A stretch of DNA of 64,000 bases, from the NCBI GenBank assembly GCA_964016885.1, contig OZ024740.1, positions 381,238,001 through 381,302,000 on the forward strand, in the 5' to 3' direction. Origin of the DNA: Eledone cirrhosa (lineage: Eukaryota). The notes under the pieces were generated by a model. The model saw only the letters and a program-made list of their open reading frames with translations, was not told where the DNA came from and did no database searches. Position 1 is the first letter of the stretch. Each line of letters begins with the position of its first letter. The position numbers were made by a program, and so were the translations under genes. Positions 24,107 to 37,276 of this stretch are shown here, piece after piece.

Positions 24107-25079
24107 GTGGCTGCCAACTCGTTTTCGAGTACAGCCACTACTTTATATCCATGTAGGAGAACCCCTACCGATGCGCTGAACGAGTGTGACTTTTTAGTCC
24201 AGCCAGCGACTTGAAAACTCTGGTACAAACACTACACTTGTGACAATTATTGACACATAGTGCTGGGCCCATGGTACCATGTAACGACAAGTGCAGAGAG
24301 ATCTCCAGATATAAAGCAATGCCTGTGCCGTGAAGCTTTTATAGTGAGCAAAGGCACTGCACAAAGCCAGTCCCACTCTCTTAACCAAGATGATATTTAC
24401 CAAAAAGAAGAACAAGTCAACATCATTGGATACCATCAGGGTTGCAGGTGTTATATCATACATACATACATACATACATACATACATACATACATACATG
24501 TGTGTGTGAGACAAACCACAAACCTTCCATCTCAATTCTACTTTTGAAAAGCATTAGAACTGTGAAACTGGTAAAGGAAATAAATAATATTTTAAAAAGA
24601 ACTCCAGTTGCATTTTCGATTTCTTTTCCTTATATATATGTATATATATATATTGGCAAAGTTGCATGTCAGCAAGGTGGCTGATGAAGTAGACATGTAG
24701 TTGTCTGTTATGTGTCCATTTTCTGCTTATATATGAATGTCTGTGGTGTGAAGAAAGGGAAAACTACAAAGCGTGATAGTACTCAATGCATGATGAGATG
24801 CAAAGGTGAGTATATTGAACATGTAAAATTCTGACCACAGTTGGGATTCTATCTCTTCAGAATTTATGTGTGTATGTTTTCACTTTGTCATTGTTTAAAC
24901 AAGCAGTGATATTAGTTTAAGTCCTGCATAAACAATGTGATGAAGATCAGTGAAATAAATACCACATTTTAAAATAGAATATGGTTTGGCATTGGCAAGG
25001 GCATCTGGCTATAGAGTACTGACTGAAAAGGTCTAATCGATATCAGCAGGTGTAAAAGTAATAACCACAATTTCATATA

Positions 25080-25270
25080 TATGAGGGTCAGCTGAAAAGT
25101 TTGTAAGCTGACCAAGATACTCTTATGAAATAACCACATGAGATTTATTTTTCAACATAGTCCCGGGAAAGAAACAATGCAGTTATTAATAAGAAGAGTT
25201 GAAATTAATGCATGCAAGATTTCACAGTTCCTTCATAGTCATCATATGAACTTTTCAGCTAATCCTCATA
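25080..25270. mobile_element. mariner-type MITE
   Basis: TA-flanked TIRs TGAGGGTCAGCTGAAAAGTT / AACTTTTCAGCTAATCCTCA. Confidence 0.75.
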
Positions 25271-25602
25271 AGAGGTTTGTTGAAAGTATATATTTTTTTT
25301 CTCCCTGGGGGAACTAATGATGTTAAGGATAAAAAAAGTGGGAAACCAGAGTTCAATCATAGCAGTGGAAGCATCCAATGTTGCCAAGGGTTCCAAAGGT
25401 GTGAAGGAAAATCAAGCAGATGCTGACTTTTTTCAGTTACCAAAGCTTTGTGCATAATGACTGTGCCTGCATCCACAATATGTGTGTCTGTGTGAATATG
25501 TGCACAAACATCCACACAATTTTTTTAAATTTCTTGTCTCTCAAAAATCGAGCTAATTTGTATTTTCTTAACATGGAAAACCTATTACATACCTTCTTAT
25601 AT
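25271..25602 (+). mobile_element. Deleted mariner transposase remnant
   Basis: ~25340-25435 reads ETRVQS*QWKHP..PRVPKV..KQMLTFF, like the mariner PETKxQSxQWKHP..KxMLxVFFD motif. Confidence 0.55.
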
Positions 25603-26390
25603 AAGTAACTGGATGCAACATTTGAAAATATGAGTATCAACATGAAATTGAGATATTCCTGCCATTTATTCAACTTAATGTGAAAACTCACACACTCACT
25701 CTTATGCAATCACCATCAACATCCTCACCCCCAAAATCATTTGTTTATTTTTCCATGCTAGTACGATTGCATGGGGCTGTTCAAGCACACTGCAGGTCTT
25801 GTCATCTTGTTGAAGTTCCGCCTTCTGAAAGATCAGCTTTCACCACTTCTTTCTCATGCTTGCTGCTCAAATGTAAATGCAAGTACTGGTTGATACAAAA
25901 GTAAACATCACAAAGTTTTCTACAGTGGTTCTCTACTTTTATATCAATAGCAACCCTAGAGTGATGGAGATGAGAGCGTGAGAGAGGGTGGGGGTGTTAC
26001 AAAGATATGGGAAGAAAGATAGTGGTAATTTGTTTTAAAATAAGTTTCCTGTGTTGATTCACAAGAGGCAGTATAATGCCAGACTAAATATTTTACAACA
26101 TTTAAGTTTCATTTTTTATTGTTCTGAGTTCAAAATCCAGCTGGGGATATTGGTATTTCCTTTTATTCTGCTGAGCTAAAACAATGTAATTAATTATTCT
26201 CAGTAAATATACTGGAGTTGATTCTGTTAACTGCAAATATGTGTGTACATACATACATACAAATACCTGTAAGCAGACGATAATTGTATGACCAATTTTT
26301 CCACAATAGCATGAGTTTACCAATATTATATATCAATCCACTCACACACAGATGTATTTGCATGCATGATCACCCCATATATATATCATT

Positions 26391-26580
26391 GCGGTGGATT
26401 GGCAGTATCGGTAGAGGGTCGGACGCCATGCTTTCCAGCATAGTTACGTCCCTTTACGATCTGAGTTCAAAACCCGCCGAGGTTGACTTTGCCTTTCATC
26501 CTTACGGGGTCGATAAAATAAAGTACCAGTAATGCACTGGGTAATTGCTGGCCTTGTGCCTAAAGTAGAAACAATTATTA
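26391..26580 (+). mobile_element. SINE family B, full length, young
   Basis: A and B boxes present, CpGs retained, ACAATTATTA tail. Nearly identical to 29548-29728. Confidence 0.9.
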
Positions 26581-27641
26581 TCATCATCCTTTAACATCTT
26601 ATTTTCCATGCTTGTATGAGTCAGATGAATCGTCCATGCTATGAGGCAAGTTTGGCCATGTCATACATTGCTCAAACAAAACCGTATTTTGGCAGTTTTC
26701 TTGTTACAACTGGATGCCCTTCCTAACACCAACCATGCTGACAGTGTGGAACTGGGTGGTCCCGTTATGAAAGAGGTCTGGATGTGCCATACCCTGCTCA
26801 TGAGCGGATCTATATTTGGGAGCTGGCTGGCTCATAGTGGGGCCTGTGGTTTGGCTGACAATTTTTACAGCTGTTGGATGCCTTTCCTACCACCAACCAC
26901 ATTTACAGTGTGGGAGTAGGTGGTCACACTTATGAGACAAATCTGTAAAGTGGTTCACATTAGGAAGGGCATCCAGCTGTAGATCTGCTAACTCAGATAT
27001 AGGTAAGTGAGGTACGTATCTTAAAAGGGCAGGCATTCCAATTATTAGTTTGGTCTGCAATGACCCGTCTTATTTATGCTAATATGGAAAAACGGATGTA
27101 ACATTATGATGGTCATGATCTATACATGTATACACACACACACGCACACACATGGAAACACACACACACACACATTCTTTCTTAGTAGTTGACTTTTGCT
27201 TAGTTTCAAAGAAATTTGTTGGCATATAGACCCTATAGGTATAATCTAAGTTTACTACAACTTTGAGAATATAGTTTGGTGAAATACTAAGATAAGAGAT
27301 GCACTTTTATCTTAATGGATATTTTCTTCTCTTGATTGCTTTCTATTTTCTATTTTTTCTATGTTAAACTTTCAGTTCACCAACATTAACTTAGTAAGCA
27401 ATTATTGTGTAAACTGATCTTGGTTTTGGTCTTCTCTCCAGTTCTTAACTTATAGATGCTTCCTTTCCTTCTCTTTTTTTTCTTCTTATCCTTCACTTAT
27501 CTTTGATTTTCCTTCTCCCCTAACTCTGAATGTTACTCTCTTTAGAATTCAAATGTTTAAACAAAACACTACACACATACTTATACACACAAGTATATGT
27601 TAAAACAGATGTGTGTCTATGTATGTATGTGTTCATGTATG

Positions 27642-27684
<43 letters not shown>

Positions 27685-28967
27685 ACAACTCTCAGCAGTT
27701 TAATTACTCTTAATTATTCATGATAACATTTGCCATTAGTCAGATTCTCAGTTGATGGCATTTAGTGTTTAATACTTTCAATTCTAGGTTTCTCTGCTAT
27801 GGTGTTGATTTTGTTGTTGTTGTTCTTTATTTGCTGTTTTTGTTGATAAAACTTTCTCTGATGTTGAGTCCATGATTTAAAGTTTATCAGTTCAGTTCCA
27901 AAAGGATGCATAGACTGGGAGGTTAAGTTACTAGAATACTAATTGAAAGTATCTTAAGATCAAATTCTCCCAACAATAGTGTTGTTGCATTGTATCCTTA
28001 AACCAGATGGTAATATAATTTAAATGTATGTTGTGCAATTTTTATACCAAGCCCTAGGAAACTAGTCTGTGTTCTATGATGCAAAACTGTTTATTTTCTT
28101 TCAAGTGTTTATATTTAGCCAAAAACCATTCATCATAATGTTATGTAAGAAATGCTTATTTTCCAAGCACCAGCTTAATAATGAGAATGCTAGTTATATA
28201 ACTAAATTCCTCTAAATCCTTGATTTCACCTTAAAAGGATTTGAAAATCATAATTGTAATTTAAAAAAATTATAATTTCTAATGTGATGCTATCATAGTG
28301 CTGTTTTGTACTTTCCATGAGTATCTGGCTAATGTGGTTTCATATTGTGCATGGCATTAAGGGATAATATTTCAGCATTTGATTCAAAGATCTAAGTTTG
28401 CACTATTTTTGAACTCCATAACCAACAAATTCTTGATAAGGGAATTCTTATTGGCCAGCAGTTCTATGAGAGGTTTCCGAAAATTGACCTTGCTACTAAA
28501 TTTTCAAGTCGGTGCCAGTATTCCAAGTGTAGCATTAACTACTAATCAGCCAGCAAATGACAGTAGTAGTGGTGGACTGGCTGGGGTTGGCAGTAATGTT
28601 TAATATAGCAGCATAACTTCACCAATATGGAGTACTCAACCATAATTTCAAGACAAAATTTCAGAGTTAATTATAATATCCAGTGATTTCAATCTCATTG
28701 TTTATAATTTGCTCAACAAATTCATTCAGAGCAGCATAGGATTAATTGTAAGATAACATTCCCAGCCAGTAACCTAAGCTATGAAAACAGTGTAATTATT
28801 GTGTTAACAGATTAAAATGTTAAATTACTCACAATTTCATGAATTTAAACAGCCAGTATCCTCCTAGTTTAGCACATGAAACTCTGCCAGAGTACAAAAT
28901 CCATGTCTAAGCTGGTACAGTACTGTTTCAAATTCTGTGGAGAATCTGCTGGTCATCGATTAATAAT

Positions 28968-29147
28968 TGTTTCTACTTTTGGCACAAGACCAGCAATTAC
29001 CCAGTACACTACTGGTACTTTATTTTATCGACCCCGTAAGGATGAAAGGCAAAGTTAACCTCGACGGGATTTGAACTCAAACCGTAAAGGGACGTAACTA
29101 TGCTAGAAAGCATGGCGTCCAACCCTCTACTGATACTGCCAATTCAC
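28968..29147 (-). mobile_element. SINE family B with 11-bp TSD
   Basis: TSD CGATTAATAAT at 28957-28967 and 29148-29158. Confidence 0.9.
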
Positions 29148-29547
29148 CGATTAATAATAAATCCATAACTATATGTAGACATCACTGTGTGCTTAAGAAA
29201 TGTGCTTTATAGCCATTTAATTTCAGGTTCAATCCCATAGTGAGGCATTTTGGGCAGGTGTCTATTGTTACATCTGCAGGCTAACCAATGCCTTGTGTGA
29301 GTGCGGTGATAGGAATTCTGAAGAAGTATGTCATATATGTTTGTGTTCCTGTGAGTATCATCATGTGAATACTGTTTAAAGCAAGTTTGGCACAAACAAT
29401 ACATTCTACAGTGTAGTAGTTTGAAGAAAATGAGTAGTGAATGCCATATATAAAAATAAAGTATGTTTTAACTTTGGGATATAGACTGTAAAAAAACTGC
29501 CCCCAAAGTCTCAACCAATCTATACAAAATATTGATAATTACATAAT

Positions 29548-29728
29548 TGTTTCTACTTTAGGCACAAGGCCAGCAATTACCCAGTGCATTACTGGTACTT
29601 TATTTTATCGACCCCATAAGGATGAAAGGCAAAGTCAACCTCGGCGGGATTTGAACTCAGATCGTAAAGGGACGTAACTATGCTGGAAAGCATGACGTCC
29701 GACCCTCTACCGATACTGCCAATCCACC
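29548..29728 (-). mobile_element. SINE family B with 17-bp TSD
   Basis: TSD ATTGATAATTACATAAT at 29531-29547 and 29729-29745. Confidence 0.92.
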
Positions 29729-32700
29729 ATTGATAATTACATAATGTCAGTGAATATGACTGTAAATCCTCAATCAATCTCATTGAATTGATACACTATG
29801 ATTGTAAAAATGATGTGGAAGATTTTAGTCATATTACAAGAAATTGTCTCAATAAGTTAAAAATACTTAAGGAGCTGAATGTGTTTGAAGGATTATGCAG
29901 TAGAGAAAATCTTGTTACCAACTATTGTTGAATTGAATGAGTTAACAGACTCTGTCCCACTTTTTAAAAACTAAACTTCCTATAATTACTTCAAATCTTA
30001 CTGGTGTTGTTACCAAAGTCTGTTTTGTTTTAGATAACTTTAGGCTGGATAGAATTTCTTTAGTTCTGGTCCTCTGGCTATACTATGGGTACATGTTTAT
30101 TAGATTTGTTATGCATATCTTCTTCTGTGCATGGGGCATATAGCATTAATCCGATAAGTTTCTTTTTTGAGTATTTAAATAACATTTTTTAAAAGTTACT
30201 GGTGATATTATTTATTTTAAGTTTCCTGCAGAAACGGGAGAAAAGCAGATGTTTTACCAAATTAACAATGTTTTGCTCAATTTTTTCTTTTTTTTCATTC
30301 AAGTTCTTTGTGAACAAAATCTGCAACCTGATTTTGAAACCTAGCGAGAACAACTTCCCTTACTATGCTCATACTTATGTAAGAAAATACAGTGATGACT
30401 TCAATTTCATCCATTATTTTAATGGTTGATGTCAATGTAAAAAGCGGAAATCTCAATTTATAATAGAATAATTGGTGTTTAACTGCAATTGATGTAAATA
30501 TTTAAATTTGATAAACAATTCCACATTCTATGTTGATTACTACCCCAACCACAAATTTGCTTGGTACATTTTTATTGAATTGACAATTGTATTTTCATTT
30601 TCAACATTTTAATTCATTTTTTTTTTTATTCTACAGTAAGTAAATTTTTCCTTGGGTGGTAGTCTTAATCATTATTTTTAAAGGGTGTTTGAAAAGATTG
30701 TTTCTAGATACAAAAATGTATTGAAAATAATTTAATTGTTCTTGAAAGTTTTTATAAAGACATATTTCATTTTAAGCCTTTGAAATTCATTTTCTTCAAC
30801 CAATATTTGTAAAATATTTACACCACTATAACGTATAATTATTGTAGGGTGTTATAACCATCCCACAAAAATATCTTAGAATTTCAATACTTTGTTCCCA
30901 TTCCAGTGTAGCTGTTTTGCTACAATTTCGAACATGCATTGTGACCTTGACAATGACCATTTAATTTCTTTGTGCTATTCTGTTTACTCCATCTTGAATT
31001 TCTGTGGTATGTTCCACAGAAAGATGAGATGAAGTAAACAAAATAAGACCAGAAGGAAGAAGACACAGATGAGAACAAATAGTTATTGGGGAGATCAATG
31101 AATTTGTGACAAAAGAAGCTTTGATGAAGTAACTAATAATAATAAAGCTGAAATGAAAGTCAAATAGCGTGTGTTTTAAATGGCAAAATTGGCAACATGG
31201 CAATCCTTAAATATAACATATCAAGAATCTTGCAAAACAAATTCATAAGCTTATATAATCTTTCTTTGTCAGATTATCTGAAAGGAAAATAAATACCAGA
31301 CTTATCTGGAATAAAAGTGATTAGGGCTGATGTTTAAACAACATATCCAAAATTATAAATATAGCTTTTGTTTTATAGTTATTTGTTAGAGATATTCTAG
31401 TTATAAATTTTCTTACATAATCTTTTGCAGGTTATTTGTTCTGAGCTATTTGTATTGAAACTAAAGCAATTACTCCATTCAAAACTACACAAAATCTGTT
31501 AAATTCAATTTATATATAACATTTATTTCTTTGTGTCAAAATGTTTGTGCCACTGACTGTGAACCGATCTCAGTGTAAAGTGAATTTACATTTTGATTTT
31601 TGTCTGTCTAAAATGTTCTCTTCCATGGTCTAATTGCTTATTGTTATAATTAAATTATTGTATTTTTACCTATTATTATCATTATTTTACTTCTGCTTTA
31701 ATTGCTGGTATGGGTTGGATTGTTTGTCAGTCTGAGGCGGAAAATGCTTCATAACTGAAATTGGGAAGAAATCTTTATCCAGCATAAATAAGCAAGCAAA
31801 AATGGATATAAAAACTATAATGCTGGTGATGAGGAAGTTGATGCAATCTAGAAAAATAAAACAATGAACTAAAATTTATACTCAAATCAAAATCGGTTTA
31901 ATAAAGAAATACCTACAGAAATTAAAGTATAAAATACTAAGTTAATTTAGTATTTTATCAGATTCACACTTCAATTACAAATGACCTGTTTTCTTTGAAT
32001 TTTCTAATGTTTGCTTTGGAATACTGGGGAAAAAATTGAAGGAAATTTTGTTTGTATATAGGAAAATATTCAACACACAAATTTAATATTTCTGTTTTCT
32101 TCATATCTCCCACTGTTTTTGTTTAAACAATTCAAAGAATAAAAACAAATCCCCAAATTTGGGATAAAATAACATTTGAGAATATTCTTAAAAATCATGA
32201 AAATAATTAGTTTAGATAAATACTTGGAATTTAATTTTGTATTTCATACAGAATTATTTTCCTTTAAAAAAACCCCCCAAAAACCCCTCATTCTACGGAA
32301 AATTCACATCTTAGTTTTATCATCACGTGACACTCGCAAACACAGAAACATAGAGACAGACAGACAGACAGACACACACATAGGCACAGAGAGAGACAGA
32401 CACACACACACACGCACCACATATATAAATTATAATTAGATATAATTTTGTTTCATCATTCAATCATAAAATGGGATTGTTAGCTATTTTCCAATTATTA
32501 AGTTAGCAAAATAATATGCTATGTCTGGAGCTACAAAACGTTGGCTGTGGTAATTTGCCATTTCATTGTTAATTATTCTGTGAGCTTCAGTTTGTTGGTT
32601 GTCTACATCTTTGGTAAACAAAATTTAACACTGTCACCATCTGCTGGTTTTTGTCATGGCATTCATTTTTCATCACTTGTCTCAAATTTTTCTTTTTCCC

Positions 32701-34068
32701 TAATATCCTCTATTTATATTCTGGTCATATTCTTTCTCTACTTGTTCCACTCTAAATCAGTTTCTATGATTTAGTTTTAACATATAACAAATGATATTGA
32801 TTTTTAACTTAGGAGGCACAAGACCTGCAAATTTGTGGGAAGGAGCAAAATTGATTAAATCAACTTCAGTACCTGACTGGTATTTTCTTTAATTGACCCG
32901 CGAAATGATGACAGTCAAGGTTGACCTCAGCAGAATTTGAAATCAGAAGGTAAAGATGTGGAACAATGAACCTGTTAGCATCTCCCATTATTGAGAATCT
33001 TCAAATTATTACTGATCATCTTAACTCACAACGATACATTATCACATCATTCATGCATCATGCTGTTGAAATGGCCTAAAATGTTGTCTCACATTGTTGA
33101 TATGTATGACATTGTAGCCTAGACCATTAGCTCCCAAACTTATCTTATCACATAACCCTTATACAATTTTCACCAAATCATAGAATACACACATATATAT
33201 TATAGCCAACCCCACCATTCTAATTGTAAAAATATATTGAACAGAAAAACATGTTTAGAAAGAGAATTGATTCATATAAAAAAATTATAAATTCTAATTA
33301 AATTTTATGAAGACACAATTTATCGAGCAGAACCCTGAAGTTCCCCAGAAGCCACTTTGAGAAACACAGCTCTGGACAATTGAATCTTAAATGAGCTGAG
33401 CAGACCAATCTTTACCAAAGTGGCTTCTGCAAAAAAAAATTATTGGGATCTGTGAGATAAGGTATCTGTTAACAGAAACTTATAATGTTATTTTTTTTTT
33501 ATATGAATAAATTTAATATATTAAAAATGAAAGTATTAAAAAAGAAAAAAAATCAATATAGTAAATAGGAAGTGAAGAAAAGGTGGGGATTAAATGATGA
33601 TAAAAAGAAAGAGGAAAGGAAGGCTAGACTGTTCATTTCAGCTGTGCTTCTTGTGCAAGATGGTGAATGCATTGCTGTGGAGAACACTGACATTCACTGC
33701 ATAAGCTACTCCATCTTTTAGGGCTCCTTTTTTAAATGAGAAGCACTCCTCCAATTTTTCAGAGGAAAATGACAGTTAAGGGACTAAGGACACTGGATGT
33801 CTTGATGGCAACTGGCATAAAAAGGGAAGCAGTTGGTCAACTCCCAGTGTTTGGATATCTTCCACTTCTTTGTTTTCTAAGGACTAGCATCCTGTTTGTT
33901 GAAGTGACAAGATTAGAACTGGAATACATTTTCTGTAAGAATATTTTTGTTTCATTTAATGTCTTATTAAAATTGGGTGGTGTGGATTGTCCTAAGATAT
34001 GGTTATGGAGTCTGCAATGTTTAAAGAAAAGTATCAGTTCTGTGACAAAGTAAGTTAGGAAATTGCTG

Positions 34069-34120
34069 ATCTAACCCAATTAACTGTAATAATATCTAAT
34101 TACAGTTAATTGGGTTAGAT
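34069..34120. repeat. Perfect 22-bp inverted repeat, 8-nt loop
   Basis: ATCTAACCCAATTAACTGTAAT-aatatcta-ATTACAGTTAATTGGGTTAGAT. Confidence 0.9.
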
Positions 34121-35607
34121 TAGGTGACACAAATCTATCTGCTACCAGGCTGCAGTTGTAGCATTGCATAGTTGTTTCATTTGCTAGCAGTGCTGAATGC
34201 CCATTCTGTTATGTTACAGAGGGATTGGTTCCATCAGCTAAATGACTTGCCCTAGAAACACTTTATCTTTAACCAAATCCTTTCACATTGAAAAGAAGAA
34301 AAAGAAAAAAATTCTCAAAAGCTGTAAAAGCATAAAGTTTTCTCCTCATCATCATCATCATGCTCTAGACTGATGAGATGACTATTTTGCTTGTAAGCTC
34401 TGTTTTTGGCTTGATATCTATGACTGGATGCCCTTTCCAAGCATCATACATCATGTACTGCGAGCATGACAGACATACAAGACTGGGTGCTTTTTGCAAC
34501 AGAACTAGAGCCTTACATTGCAAACTTGCTGTTTTTCATCATGACATCAACACGACCATATTACAAGCTGGGTTGGGTACTTTTTATTATGGCACCCTAC
34601 AGACTGGGCTCGATGCATCTATTTCATTAAATAACAGATGAGAAAACTCTATAAAAAAGATTGTGTATATACTTAAACTTTTTAATATATTAAGAGGATA
34701 TTTACTGCATTTTTAAAATACCCTTTTAGTAGCTACAAGTAAAGTGCTATACTTTTGTTACTCATCACAATTGATGAATATTTTTATTTAGTAACTTTGC
34801 TACATCAAAAATTCCATTTATATCAAAGATAACATGAATATTCACCCTGGTTTCCATCAGTTTCTTATACTTTTTCATATGAATTTTTCATTGGCTCTTT
34901 GGTAACATGATTTACTGTTATTAGAATATACTATTAACCCTCCTGATACCAAACCACCTGAGATCATCCATAGTTCTTTGAAACAAATTTTCCCTTTTTA
35001 AATTATTTACATGCAAAGTTCTTTTTACTATCTATGTTTGGCTTCAAGCCAGCCTTCATTGAGCTATCCAGAAGTATTTCAGTTGACCATCCTGTTTATT
35101 TATATTGTGTCCTTTAAAAAAAAAATCTTATAGAGTGATTTGAAGGAGATTTGGCTACTATTTCTAACTGGTCAAGCATTGGGACTCTCATGTTGGAATG
35201 ACTTTCAATAAATATCTTGTGGTGGTGTTGCTTAGTCAATAATTGTATTGAAAACCAGGTTGTCGTGTATTCATTCTGAGGAGGAATAATATTGATGTGG
35301 TGTTTCATTTATTTTCCTCTAAAGTCATAGCAAAAAAGATTAACTCTGCTCCCCAATACTGGGGGGAAAAAAAAGATTCTGCAGTGTTGCTGCTGAACTT
35401 TACTACTGTGCATTACCTTCATAGAGCTAGGTCAAATCAGACACTGAGAATTGACTGTTTTGTGTCTGTCACAGGCTCACAATCCTATAACAAAGGTTAT
35501 AAACTGCAAACTTCTCTGTTGGCTGTCCATTATCCTGTCAGATTAATTCAACTGTGTTCTCACTCTAAGAAACAAAGATAAAATATAACCACATTATAGG
35601 TGCTGTC

Positions 35608-35691
35608 ACTTGAGAACATTAATATTAAATTTACTGGTTATTAAACATGAACTTGAGAACATTAATATTAAATTTACTGGTTATTAAACAT
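35608..35691. repeat. ~43-bp tandem duplication
   Basis: ACTTGAGAACATTAATATTAAATTTACTGGTTATTAAACAT x2. Confidence 0.88.
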
Positions 35692-36722
35692 ATAATTGTT
35701 ACAATTCAACTTTTACAAGTGGCTGTTATAATGAAAGTGGGGACAAAAATAATCCCTTGCTGATAACTGGATTTCTCTTTGTAATTGAACTTGATTTTAA
35801 CTGTGAACAAAGAGTAGTTACATAAATTTGTTTAACTTAGTACAGAGGCTGTATGTTTAGAAGAGGAGAATATGAAGTGTCTTTTGTAGATTTCCCATGG
35901 GTATGAGTGGCCTATGCACAGTGAAATGATATCAATCAGGTATCAAAACCATTTCATAAACTTTGTTGTAATTGTTTCTTTCCTAATGGTGCTCATTGCA
36001 ATTTCATGTTGCTGCAGTATATTATCTGAAATTTGAATTTTCTAGTGACCTTTCACTTTACTATGTATGTTGATACTACTATGTATAAAAAGCAACAAAC
36101 AAACAAACTGTTAATAAGTTACTGTAATATAGAATAGGTGATATATTGTTTGACATTTTCTTCATATTTATGCTCTTTTTGGGTTAGTGAAGGACATTTT
36201 TGTTTTTGTTCTTCATACTTTTCTTCATCAAATTCAAATCCTGTGAACAACTTGGAAGTAATTTCTAAACATGCTGGATAGATTAAATTACCTCCCTTGC
36301 ACATACTGTGCAAGATTTCATTCTGATAAACTAATGCTTGTTGGAAACTTAGCTAAGTCTGACAGAACAGTAGTAGATGAAACAAACAACAAAATGGGAT
36401 TCATCATTATTTAACATCTGCTTTCCCTGCTAGCGAGGTTTGAACAGGTCTACATAGACTAAGTCAGTACTGAATCGAGGCTACTGATCTCCTCGACAGG
36501 CCAGGGGAGGGTGTGTCTACATCTTGCTGACATATCATCCCACTTTCTACCAAGTGCACAAAAGAGGTTATGTCTATGACATAACTGAAGGGTCCTCCCA
36601 ACCCTTCTACTGCAGAATTCAACTTGATTGTGATCGCATTGCCATCATTTTTGATGATTTCCAAATTAAACTTCAGTGCCAATAAATACCTATACATTTT
36701 TTCTTTCTTTTCCATTATAACT

Positions 36723-37276
36723 TGTGTATAAAATAGAAGTTATGTCTTATGTATAAAATAGAAGTTATGTCTTATGTATAAAATAGAAGTTATGTCTTAT
36801 GTGTATAAAATAGAAGTTATGTCTTATGTGTATAAAATAGAAGTTATGTCTTATGTGTATAAAATAGAAGTTATGTCTTATGTGTATAAAATAGAAGTTA
36901 TGTCTTATGTGTATAAAATAGAAGTTATGTCTTATGTGTATAAAATAGAAGTTATGTCTTATGTGTATAAAATAGAAGTTATGTCTTATGTGTATAAAAT
37001 AGAAGTTATGTCTTATGTGTATAAAATAGAAGTTATGTCTTATGTGTATAAAATAGAAGTTATGTCTTATGTGTATAAAATAGAAGTTATGTCTTATGTG
37101 TATAAAATAGAAGTTATGTCTTATGTGTATAAAATAGAAGTTATGTCTTATGTGTATAAAATAGAAGTTATGTCTTATGTGTATAAAATAGAAGTTATGT
37201 CTTATGTGTATAAAATAGAAGTTATGTCTTATGTGTATAAAATAGAAGTTATGTCTTATGTGTATAAAATAGAAGA
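36723..37276. repeat. 27-bp minisatellite, ~20 near-identical copies
   Basis: GTGTATAAAATAGAAGTTATGTCTTAT repeated. Two 25-bp variants at the left edge. Confidence 0.97.

Noticed and set aside
23848-24228. CV/HT-repeat ORFs here and at 5667, 13422 and 47555-47917
   Set aside because: Translations of (CA)n and (TA)n microsatellites.
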